Both the position numbers and the translations under genes were made by a program. A stretch of 60,452 bases of DNA, filler included, from Sphacelaria rigidula (lineage: Eukaryota): assembly GCA_964200075.2 (NCBI GenBank). It is 6 parts of 6 records of this genome, joined end to end, with 100 filler letters (N's around TTAATTAATTAA, not from the genome) between each part and the next. Parts side by side here need not be neighbours in the genome. Positions count along the whole stretch, not along the records: positions 30,279 to 40,270 come from CAXNAA020007352.1; positions 40,371 to 50,361 come from CAXNAA020007353.1; 4 more parts are not named here. One strand, given 5' to 3'. Positions 39,762 through 50,361 of the stretch are shown piece after piece; position 1 is the stretch's first letter; the number at the start of each line of letters is the position of its first letter. Below the pieces are notes generated by a model that worked only from the letters and a program-made list of their open reading frames with translations, was not told the DNA's origin and searched no databases.

Positions 39762-39981
39762 GGACCGCTCTTGTTGTCGATAATCATGTTTCCCTGAAAA
39801 CAACATTTTCGTGGATGGCAGTTGAGAGCTCGCTTCTCGGACACCGGCACGACCTTGATGGTAAAGTTCGATGCAGACACTGACTACGGGGCTGGCGTGC
39901 CTCTCGGAGGAACATTCGAGTGCCCCCTTTTATTTGACTACCCTGGAATCCACGACTCCGATGAATGCTCGTGGACATCAG
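39762..39981 (+). CDS. Exon encoding the module that precedes REJ domains (ARFSDTGTTLMVKFDADTDYG...FECPLLFDYPG...CSWTS); apparent frameshift near 39826
   Basis: ACTAAC branch site at 39721, pyrimidine tract, ttag acceptor, G|gtaacg donor. The motif resembles stramenopile PKD/REJ-like proteins (recalled). Confidence 0.65.
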
Positions 39982-40197
39982 GTAACGACCCGAGCAAAGT
40001 CATGCCACAGGGCGATACTGTACAGCATTTCGCTAGCAGCACTGAGTAGCTCACGACCATCAACGGAGTGAGGAAAGTTTGAAGGGTAGATCTTTATGAT
40101 GGATCTGCTTGCGAATAGTTTGGTCGTTCCCTGACTGTTTGCTTTCCGCGATAGTATGGGCTCCCAATGTATCGCTGCAAAGTAGCTTTTTATGTTG

Positions 40198-40270
40198 CAT
40201 CAGTGGCTCAGTTGGTAACCTCGTAACCTTCTGATGGTTGAGTTGGGGGGTTCGATTCCCGGAGCGATCT
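40198..40270 (+). mobile_element. 5' head of a tRNA-derived SINE, cut by the contig end
   Basis: TGGCTCAGTTGG...AACCTTCTGATGGTT...GGTTCGATTCCC; same family as 45547. Confidence 0.75.
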
Positions 40271-40370
40271 NNNNNNNNNNNNNNNNNNNNNNNNNNNNNN
40301 NNNNNNNNNNNNNNTTAATTAATTAANNNNNNNNNNNNNNNNNNNNNNNNNNNNNNNNNNNNNNNNNNNN
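40271..40370. other. Artificial contig linker
   Basis: N..TTAATTAATTAA..N. Confidence 0.98.
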
Positions 40371-40812
40371 CTGACTCGAAATTTCGAGCGACAAATGGCC
40401 CAAACTACCCCCCCCGCTATCGCAGGATTACTCTCATTTTCTCTCGAGTTGGGTCGAAGCGAATTTTCAAGTTTTTCATCATAACAGGACGGTGAAATTT
40501 GTGAAGCGGTACATGATCACTTGTGAACAACACAGACAGTCCGGACTGCCTGCACTGTTTGTATGCAGTGTATGTTGAGTTCGTGTCTGCGTGTTTCGTG
40601 CAGCAGGATGTAAAAGAGGAGCGGGAAACATGCACAACTTTCAGCGCAGCACCATCTGCTCTCTCCGCCTAAAATGCGATGTGATAAGGACTCGGACAAC
40701 GCGCAGCTTTGTACATGAATTGTGTCCACGACCGCGTCCGTGGGGGGGGTTGTCACCTCACCACGCTGTTCTAACCCTGGTCCCTATGATGAAAAAAAGA
40801 TGGTCGAGTTTT

Positions 40813-41278
40813 CACATGTGGGACGAGCATCGGTATGACTCGTGGCTCGCACTCGTTAGGCTGCTCGTGGTGAAAAAAAGTAACAGGGTGAGTCCCCGAG
40901 TCATTGCTCGTTGTGGGGAAAATTAGTGGGACGAGTACTCAAGTCATTGCTCGTGGTGAAAAAGAATAATAGGGCCAGTACTCGATTCATTGCTCGTGGT
41001 GGAAAAAATTGATAGAGCGCGTACTCGAGTCATTGCTCGTGGTGGATACAAAAGTCATTGGGCGAGCCCTCGAGTCATTGCTCGTGTTGGAAACAAAAAT
41101 AATAGGGCGAGCTCTCGAGTCATTGCTCGTGGTGGATAAATTAATCACTCGAGCATACGAGTCATTGGTCTTGGTGAAAACAAATCATACGGCGAGCATA
41201 GGAGTCATGCTCGTGGTATTTTAAAAAAACATTAACGAGTGCACTCGTTTCAACGAGTAATGACTCGTCCGACGAGTG
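40813..41278. mobile_element. CAC-terminated TIR element made of about nine 42-45-bp units (CGAGTCATTGCTCGTGGTG plus an A-rich variable part)
   Basis: TIRs CACATGTGGGACGAG / CTCGTCCGACGAGTG; cores at 40862, 40905, 40948, 40991, 41034, 41079, 41124, 41166, 41208. Confidence 0.75.
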
Positions 41279-41651
41279 CAACTTTTTTCGCCGACAAAAT
41301 GTAAACACAGCATACGCAACTACTGCAGTGCATCCATTTTTGTGCTCAACTCCTGCTCTATGCTGCAGGCTTGCGTACGTAGCTAAGGATGAATGGCGTG
41401 TACTAGTTTCCATGACTATGTGAACAGATGGTATCTGGCGTGGTTGCCATTAAGTTGGGGGCCAAGCGCCTCTACTAAGGTCGTGTGTTCGCATATCATT
41501 TTCGATCGAAAAAGTGCGGTGGAAAACAGAAACTCCGATGAAATATAGATCTTAGTTCGAACCAGCTTCAAAATAAGCTACGATAGCTGAAATCACGACG
41601 TATCAAATCGGAGTCTTCCTTTTACACCGTATATTTTTCATAGAAAAATAA

Positions 41652-43241
41652 GGGCAATGGCCTGGAAAAGGTATACCTTCGCGTTTTTCGCCTGAGAAAG
41701 GTACGAAAAATGGCCAGAAACGCGAAAACAGCAAAACACGTCATATAGACCGTTTTCGCCCCAAATTTTCACGCACATCACTCGGGCGGGAGTGAGGGGG
41801 GCACAATAACAGGACTCACAACTAGCAACTTGTCGGTCTAATGTGATCCGGGGGGTTGTGAACACCGTACTGTTGCGATCTCGGGGCTGGTGTCAGGATC
41901 ATGCTAGGCTCTCCCGTCACCAGTGGGCGGTTGTCGCATTATCGACGGTCAGTCCAAGCAACGGATACAGTACTGGCCGCGACACGTATAGAAATAGAGA
42001 TAGAACAGAAGTAGCGTTCGGCACTACAACAGTACAGAGTAACGTGCGCCCAACGAAAACACTCGCGGAACACACCCATTACGTATACCAGGTCCGTGCA
42101 TAGCAATCACCAACGGTCAGCGAGAAGTTCGGATTGTGTCCGTAGATGGTAAGTACTGTAGTGCTGAACGCAATTACTGCTCTGCCTCTACTTCTATATG
42201 CATGACGGCCAGTACTGTATCCGTTGCTTGGACCAACCATCGATAATGCGACAACCCCTCGTTGGTGACGGAAGAGCCTAGCTTGACTCTGACACCAGCC
42301 CCAATATCACAATAGTTCGGTGTTCCACAACCTCCCGGATAAGAAAAGACGAGGCTAGTAATTTACCGGCGATGGGCAACAAATGTCCACGCATGGTTGA
42401 CACAACTTTACAAATATCGATACTCCTAACCCTAACCCCAACCCAACGCATACCGATAACCCTCGGGCAAGGGCGGTACATACATTCCCTAGGCAAAGTG
42501 CGGCCTTGGTGGATCCCAAATCGGCGCCACTGATTTCAACGAAAACGCATTCTGCGCACGCGAGGACCACATGAGACTGTTAGCCCTACTGAACATCCTA
42601 CTCTCGTTATACACGCTCAAATCCAGTAAGATCAACCATAAACATTTTTAGCCCAACGCCGGTGAACTCTACTGGGAAAGACCGACGAGTTGCGAGTTGT
42701 GAGTCCACTTATGGTGTCGATGCGGAGAGACTCGGCAACCATTCCCGGGGGAAAAGGGGTGTGGTCGTTGTGGCGTCCGTGAACGGCAAATGGGCAGAAA
42801 AAGAGCCGAATGTGCTGGCGCCGTGGTTGGAGTTGGCGCGTAGACCTCCTTGCGCGCGATGTGCCGCATCAGGTACAGTGTAGAAAGCGATGGCCTAGCA
42901 CAGGTACATTCTCGGCCGATCGGTGACCCAGATAAGGTACGATTGAAAAAGAATTCCTTCGAATCAGGTATACCTGGTGAGTTTTTGGCCTAGAAAGGGG
43001 AAGCGGATTCTGGAGGCGAGACGTCCGTTTTCGCGGGGCCATATATCGCGAGTAATATGCTTTTTCCCGCTTTTTTCGAGGCCCGGGTGCCAAGCCCCCC
43101 CCCCCCCCGAGTGATGTGCGTGAAAATTCGGGGCGAAAACGGTCTACATGGCGTGATCTGATGTTTTCGCGTTTCTGGCCATTTTTCGTACCTTTCTTAG
43201 GCAAAAAAACGAGAGGGTATACCTTTTCTAGGTCATTGCCC
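41652..43241. mobile_element. Non-autonomous Mutator-like element with ~140-bp TIRs
   Basis: 41652-41790 is the reverse complement of about 43103-43241; 9-bp flanks gaaaaataa / gaaaaaaca (7/9). Confidence 0.8.
41846..42340. mobile_element. Nested foldback element with ~190-bp arms
   Basis: Arms about 41846-42036 and 42152-42340 are reverse-complementary (e.g. TCCAAGCAACGGATACAGTACTGGCCG / CGGCCAGTACTGTATCCGTTGCTTGGA). Confidence 0.85.
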
Positions 43242-43367
43242 GAAAAAACATGTGCGAAGGCACCCCGTAGTGATGAAAAAAATCCTTGATGTCCACTAGG
43301 AGCAGAAATGTGATGGGCATTCTAACTGGTCCACCCAAGATGCAAACAGGAATGGGGGCACGCGAGT

Positions 43368-43649
43368 CCCGGGCTCAACTTTGGGTCGTTTTCGATGAAA
43401 TTTTGACACGGTGTATAGGACGTATCCGCGGAGACCCCTCTCACCCCCCTGTTGTTTTCCCTTTTCCTCGTGACTTCTTAGAAACTTTGTTCCGGAACAG
43501 CTGTTGTGAAATGTTGAGGCGACGGAACTCACGAAGAAAAACGAAACAACAGGTGAGGGGAGGGGTGGGAGTAAAAAAGGGGCTTCGCACGTACGTCCTG
43601 TACATCATGTCCCGTTGTCATCAAAAGCGACCCAAAAGTGAGCTCGGGA
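43368..43649. mobile_element. MITE with long imperfect TIRs; a second copy (about 43712-45038) is split by LINE insertions
   Basis: GATGAAATTTTGACACG.TGTA.A blocks at about 43394 and 43727, inverted counterparts at about 43595 and 44990. Confidence 0.65.
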
Positions 43650-43802
43650 ATCACGTCATTCTGTGGAGATAGACCTGCCACGAATGATTCAAGCGCAACT
43701 ATGCTGTTTAAATTCGAGTTGTTGTTGATGAAATTTTGACACGATGTACATACAAGACGTATGTACGGAAACCCCTCCTTACTCCCCCCTCCCCCCCCCT
43801 GT

Positions 43803-44858
43803 TAACGGCGAAACAGGACGGGGATAAGATATATAAAACGTTTTTGTGCAATGTATGGAAGGATCGTAATGAGCCATGGCAGAAACGTAATGAGCTATGG
43901 AAGAAACGTAATGAGCGTCGGAATGTTGAAGGTGTATCTATAAGGAATAGTAACTGTGCTCCGTCTCGAAAGGGATGCGTGGTCAATGGTCAAACGAATA
44001 AGGCAAGCAACAAGTGAGTACGCCCCTCCCTCTGTTTTGACATGAGAAAATTGCGATGTCAATGTAGCGTAAAGAACATGCAGAGAAAGAGATTGCCAGT
44101 TAAGTACATAAGACTGTATGGAAGAAAACTACGATAGGGAATGCTGGATTAAGGTGGGTAACAAGTCGAGAAAGTATGGGAAGGGATAGGAGGAAACCAA
44201 GACGAAATACTGTCCATAGATGAAGGCGCGGGGTACAAGAAAAACGTAAGAGATATGATGGAAATGAGGGAACAAGGAGCGCTCAGACGCAAAGTAGGCG
44301 AGGAAGAACACCTGGAGATATACGGGGGATGAGAGAGGGTTAGGGATGAAAATATATTTCCATGGCCCCACGGACGCCGCGAAAAATCTGAAACTGCGAT
44401 TCCGGGTGGAGGGCCTGGACCTGCCAAAAAAATAAATGAGATATACCAGTCGTCAAAAGGAGGAGGAAGTAGATGGACAGAATTGCCCCTGTGGCAAAGC
44501 AATAGAGAGCAGAACTCATATAGTGGCAGAATGTGAACTCTACAAGGAAGAACGAGACGTGCTAGAGGGGGAAATGCGGGGCGTGAGCGAAGATGGCATA
44601 AAACCGTTTGATGCATTAAACAGTAGGCAGAAAACAATGGTTATATACGGAGTTAAATGGTGGCCACAGACGGCGAAACAGTACGGGAAAAAGACATATA
44701 AAAGGTTTCGGGTAATGTAAGGAGGAAACGTGATGAGCGCCGGAATGTTGAAGGTGTATCTATAAGGAGTAGTAAATGTGCTCCGTCTCGAAAGGGATGC
44801 GTGGTCAATGGTCAAACGACTAAGGCAAGCAACAAATGAGTACGCCTCCCCCCGCCCC
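43803..44858 (+). mobile_element. Two tandem 5'-truncated LINE copies (43803-44030 and about 44035-44858); ORF2 C-terminus with CCHC knuckle
   Basis: CPCGKAIESRTHIVAECELY motif; duplicated 3' end ending GAGTACGCC plus C-rich tail. Confidence 0.88.
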
Positions 44859-45546
44859 ACTGTTTTTTGTTTTTCTTCGTGAGTTGTTGGCAACTATGTT
44901 CCGAAAAACATGTCCTGAAATGTTCCGTCACCAATAACTCAAGGGGGAGGGAAAAAAACACGGGAGGAAAGAGGGAGTATTCGCACATGCGTCCTGTACA
45001 TCGTGTCAAAGTTTAATCGAAAACGACTCAAAATTGGGAACGGGAATCGCGGCATTCTCTCGAAATCGATTTATCTTCTACTTTCGGTTCAGAGGTCTTC
45101 AAAAACTGTTCGTTGGTTCGCACACTACTACCAGACGCCTTGGCGCGCTGGGGGCGTCGTCTGCGCGCCATCTTAGACACTGCGCGCCTAGTGCGACATG
45201 TGTTGCACAATCCCAGCTTGTGCGGCACCACGCTGCACAAACCGACTTTAACCGAAAATCCAATATCAGCCGGGTTTTTTTTTGCCAATTCCGCCGTACA
45301 TGGTACCCTCAACTCTCTACACTCCGCACTCGACTACAGTTTGGTATTTCGTTTGATAAGACCTTGTCGGGTCACAGTGCTACATGGATTTGAAGACGCA
45401 CGCTGGTTTGCCGATTACCACGGTGTGTCATAGTAAGCACAGCTCGCGATACATCGTCAATTAGAACGGGCTGAAGGAAGGTGAGCTTTTTGGGCGGCCC
45501 AGCTCGTATACGATGGAAATTCTTTTTTCCGCCGCACTTTCTACGC

Positions 45547-45911
45547 CGGTCGCCCCCGTAGCTCAGTTGGTAACCTCGGAACCTTCTGACGGTTGGGTCG
45601 TGATTTCGAATCTTGGTGGAGTCACACGATCTGGGATTGTTTCTCACACAATGCCCAACAGTGGAGAGCGACCATGTCGTGGGTACACAAAAAGTCGACT
45701 TACCGTCGACGAGGGAAAGGGACCGCTAAACCCCTCTCGCGATAACAAAGAACGCAAGCACCGCGGAAGGAAGGTGGAGAACTTAAACAATAGAGAAACG
45801 AAAAAGCTCCTCTATTGACCTTCCTCTTGTGTGACCCCGGCTGATGCGCTCACATATACCGAAAGGTGTAGACGTGCGTCGAGAATAAATGGGATGACAA
45901 CACACACACAT
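45547..45911 (+). mobile_element. Apparently full-length tRNA-derived SINE (~365 bp) with (CA)n tail
   Basis: A box TAGCTCAGTTGG, AACC-TTCTGAC-GGTT stem-loop, B-box-like TTCGAATC; body matches 28921-29300. Confidence 0.82.
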
Positions 45912-46989
45912 TATCGAGCGACAAAAACATATGCGAAGACACGCACTGACCGCGACAGGGACAGCGCTAAACCAACGGTATTCAACTCTTCTCTTGCCAC
46001 GGAATAGGCGTTTGTCTCAACTGGGAAATGAACCTTATGTGTGGAGAGGTACAGAGGGGCCAATCGGGTATAATTTAGCGATTCCTGCCCGTCGAGGGGT
46101 GGCGCCAAAGCAAGCAGAGGCGGATCGTGTGTACCAGCAGTAAAAAATGGTATATCGACGTCAACACCCTGCCTTAGATACCGTGCACAGGACTCATACG
46201 TGGGGATGCTTTTTTAGTGAATAAAAACATTTGCGCGAAGCGTGATTATGGCCGAGCGTTCAATATCGGCATCTGACAAACGCTGAAGACCCCTTTCAAA
46301 TCAGGCGAAGAACTAAAACATGGGACATGTCCTGTTTCACTGTACTGCAGCACAAACACACACACTTCCGCTCTCATGTACGCTGTAGCCATCACTGTCT
46401 TTGATTGGTTCGACCTTACGAAGACGGTTTGGTCTTCGGTGAAATTTCCTGAGCTGCTGTATTGTTAAGTTCGTCTCTCTGTATATCGTTTCACTCGGGA
46501 GGTAGTGTTCCCTACACACTCGACTGCTGAAAACTTCATGTAACCAAGACCCATTATTCGCGCGATACCGACCATGACTGCGTACAGACACACACCCAGC
46601 GCCGGTATACACCGCTCGACCGACTGGGCCAGACCCTGTGCTTCCATGGAACGAGCAATCCACGGCATAGTGCGGATATACGTCACCGCCAGGGTACTGC
46701 TTGTACCCGCTCGAGGACACGGAAAGACACAACCAGCGATACTACGATGGGCATATACCGATACACGAGCATCGCAATGACGCCCTGCGGGGCAATGTAC
46801 CACTCGCTGTGTGCTCGTCTGCTTGCAGCTTGGTTTCACTGCTGCTGTTCTATTCTTCCCTGCGCCACGGTTCACTCCTGTAGTGTAGTACGCACACTAC
46901 ATGTGTGACTTGAGTGTGCGAGCCAATAAAAAAACAATTTACGACATGATTCGCTACGAAGATCGGATTGAATTGGTCCAAGATTCCTC

Positions 46990-47225
46990 CGATTCCTCTC
47001 TGAAGGGCCTCTGGTTGGTTGAAATTCCCTTTCCACTACAAAAATCTACCCCCATGTATGGGCGTTGTGCCTGACACGAGTGTGCGATCCGCTCACAAGC
47101 ATTTTTCAAAGGTCGCATTTCATTGGCGCTAGATTCCGCAGGTTCCTCACTGGAGGCCTCTGATTGGTCGAAATTCATTTTTCACTGCAAATCTCCACCC
47201 AAATGTATGGGCGCTGTGCCAGATA
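46990..47225 (+). repeat. Diverged tandem duplication (~85-bp homologous core, ~150-bp spacing) containing ATTGG/CCAAT-like motifs
   Basis: GGCCTCTG.TTGGT.GAAATTC..TTT.CACT.CAAA...ATGTATGGGCG.TGTGCC occurs twice. Confidence 0.7.
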
Positions 47226-47473
47226 CCGCCCGAACCAATTCCAAGTAGCACCTGTCACATGAGGATGATCAGCAGAAATCACTCTAGACTGTTCGTGAGA
47301 CGGCCGGATTGTGTTCCCATCGTGTCGACTCGCCAATAACGGGCCCCAGTTCAGTCCACCCTAATCACTTGCACACACAATGCGAACAGTCGCTGTGGAA
47401 TGTGCGGCATGTTTTCTTGGCCTGCAAAGTGTGTCACCGGAGTCGTAGGTAAGTTACCGTGCCGAGCGTACCC

Positions 47474-47823
47474 CCCGGTACTCACCGGGGTATCCCATAC
47501 CGTGGTATGCGTGGGAATCGTAGGTGTGAGTTTTGAAAATACATGATTGAGTGGGTACGGTAGGTATTGAGATTTCGAAATACCGTGGTATCGTAGGTAT
47601 GACAGTTGAAAATACCCAATTGGGCGGATACGGTAAGTACTGGTATCTCGAAATACCGTGGTATCGTAGATATCGTAGGCATGACATTTGAAAATACCCG
47701 ATTGGATGGATACGGTAGGTGCTGGTATCTCGAAATACCGTGGTATCGTAGGTATGACATTTGAAAATACCCGATTGGGTCGGTATCGGTAGGGTATGAG
47801 ATGTCCCAAATACTAGTACCGGG
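47474..47823. mobile_element. Short-TIR (CCCGGTACT/AGTACCGGG) element built of ~65-75-bp units containing the near-palindrome ATACCGTGGTAT
   Basis: Repeated GAAATACCGTGGTATCGTAGGTATGACATTTGAAAATACCC; second copy about 48745-49784. Confidence 0.7.
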
Positions 47824-48744
47824 TAGCTGCCTTACTCTCTACTTTGTATGCCGAATTCAAAGGATGTCATCCGGCAGTGCGGAGAAGCGTTTCAGATCCC
47901 TGTGCAAGTTGGGCATTCAATTTTTTTATGTGCCCAAGATGGATGCCCCACCCCCACCAACACACAACGCACGACGCCAACCTGCAGACCTCGAAGAGCA
48001 ACACAACCCCATCATTATCACCCAGCCGGATTGTTGCAATCAGCTGATAGGGTGAGACACCCAATCCATGGATCGATCATGAGTACCGCGTGGTGATTCG
48101 CGTGGTTGTTGACGTGGGTGCAGAGACGAAAGCACTTTGAAAATAGAGCAGTAGCAAGTGCAAATTTGATATTCAATGGTTCGATTTTCATTTCGAGGGG
48201 GTAGCGAAGTGATTTGTGGCGCTGAGGCATTGCAGTAGTACGTAAAAGCAGGGTTTGCCTGTCCATGTAGTTGTATTTTTTTATTGAGAGCACCCGGCAA
48301 TGGCGCAGTATTTACGGCATATATCTATATATGTAAGGTTATAGAATTGGTATTTCGGGACCTTGTTGTCTATTTTGTATGCCTCCTGCGACCCCTCGCG
48401 TTTTCTTGTTGCTTTCCCTCCTCCTCGTTTCCTTCATCTCTGGTTGTTTGTACGTAAAATATTTTTTTGTACGATGCTCATCTTCGACATGAATGGTGAC
48501 CCAATGTATAGCACCGCAACGATAATAGAATTTTGTATTTATACCCATTTACCAAATAACATCAGACTATGTAATAATAAGTTCATTCTAATGAATCCAA
48601 ACACGAAAATCAGCGGGAATCTGGGTGTATACTACTTGTGAAAACAAGACGCACCTACTCCGACAACTTCTGGCCTTTGCGTAAGTTGAGACCAGCTGCT
48701 GCAACGTGGGGCGTGCATCGTGTTCGGTACTCACCAATTATACC

Positions 48745-49245
48745 CCTAGTATTCACCGGGGTATCCCGTACCGTGGTATGCGTGGGTATCATCATAGATA
48801 ATTTTATTCGATTTGATTGATTGATTGTCGCACTTCAACCGACCCGCTGTGGGTCCAGCCGTGGTCGCATGATACACGTACCCAAGGAAAGCAAAACCGA
48901 GACACTCGCTGAGGGAGAGAAGAAACATAAAAAGTCGAACAGAACGACATTGTAGACTGAGACGTACAATAATAATAATAGTAATGATGATAATGATGAT
49001 AATAATAATTATTAATAATAATCATAATAGTAATAATAATAAAATAATAGTACTACTACTACTACTAATAATAATAATAATAATCATCATCATCATCAAC
49101 AACAACAACAACAACAAAAACAACAAAAACAAAAACAAAGCACGACGTACAATAATAATAATAGTAATGATGATAATGATGATAACGATGATAATGATAA
49201 TAATTATGATCATCATACTAGTATTAATAATAAAAATAATAGTAA

Positions 49246-49310
<65 letters not shown>

Positions 49311-49784
49311 ATCATTATCATCATCATCATCATCATCATCAACAACAACAAAAACAAAGCACGAAAAATAATTGGCCGACCTGAAACAAAATAAGGGGAA
49401 GAAGAGGAAAGAAAAGAGAAAGAAAAACATGGAAAAAAATGATTTAAAAAAAAAACGTTTTGAAAATACCCAATCGAGTGGGTACGGTACGGTAGGTACT
49501 GAAACCTCGAAATACCGTGGTATCGTAGGTATCGCAGGTACAGCATTTGAAGATACCCAATTGGGCGGGTAAGATAGATTTTGAAATCTCGAAACACTGT
49601 GGTGGTGTCGTGGGAATCGTAGGTATGACATTTGAAGATACCCGATCGAGCGGGTACGATAGGTATTGATATATCGAAATACCGTGGTATCGTGGGTATC
49701 GTAGGTACGACATTTGAAAATACCCGATTGGACCGTTATCGGGAGGGTAGGGGATATCGAGATGTCAATAATACCAGTACCGGG
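48745..49784. mobile_element. Second copy of the 47474 family, interrupted by another repeat and a long compound microsatellite
   Basis: Left end CACCGGGGTATCCC.TACCGTGGTATGCGTGGG at 48755; units resume at about 49458 and end AGTACCGGG. Confidence 0.65.
48968..49370. repeat. Compound microsatellite (AAT/GAT/TAC/CAT/CAA)
   Basis: Directly visible. Confidence 0.95.
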
Positions 49785-50361
49785 CATCTACGTTACCTAC
49801 GGTGCCTGTGCAGTATGTGGTGTCGGTACATAGATACTGGAGCATCGATAGCTGCCCGTAACTAGAGCGTGACCGTAGGCGCGGCATGTGTGTAGTGTGT
49901 TGTGTGCGAATTTCAAATAGCAGCAGGTCGTCGACGTCGCACATCGCACACCCGTGAGTACCTGTGAAATAGGCCGCAGGACGCACCTGCCCACCTTCGA
50001 GGCTTCAAGCGGTGACGGCCTCTGTACTGTACAGTATATTTATAGACATTACGAGAAAAAACCAACGCTACTCCCATACACAGGCTGAGTCGCCCAAGAA
50101 GCGGAGTTTCCTTCAGCCGGATCTAACTGGCGATGCATCGCGAGTTGTGCCTCCTGAGACACATCGTGGTAATCTTCAAGTGAACGCGCGTCTTCACTTC
50201 ACATAGCACGGCGATCCGACAAGTTCTCATAAAACGAACACCAGGCTTTAGTCCAAGGGGCCTTACAGACTGGAATACCTTATTCACCGCTCGGGGAGGG
50301 GGGGGGTACCCCATTTTGGAGGGGTAGGTACCCCCCTGATCACATGAATAATGACGATTGT

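Noticed and set aside
39762..39822. Selenocysteine or readthrough at the in-frame TGA before LRARFSDTG
   Set aside because: The upstream exon ends in phase 1, so this frame is not entered at 39762; there is no SECIS evidence, and a frameshift or alternative acceptor is simpler.
40198..40270. Functional tRNA genes here and at 29215-29290 and 45550-45620
   Set aside because: Acceptor stems are imperfect, copies are diverged, and where sequence continues it runs into a shared SINE body.
40860..41220. CRISPR array, or the 71-aa repetitive ORF as a gene
   Set aside because: Linkers are mutually similar and A-rich and the array is TIR-bounded; the ORF is a by-product of unit lengths divisible by three.
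48290..48400. tRNA-like sequence (TGGCGCAGT A-box)
   Set aside because: No intact B box or cloverleaf; at most a decayed SINE head.
48984..49597. Poly-L/I/S ORFs (also 38335-38656 and 8636-8934)
   Set aside because: They are translations of microsatellites.
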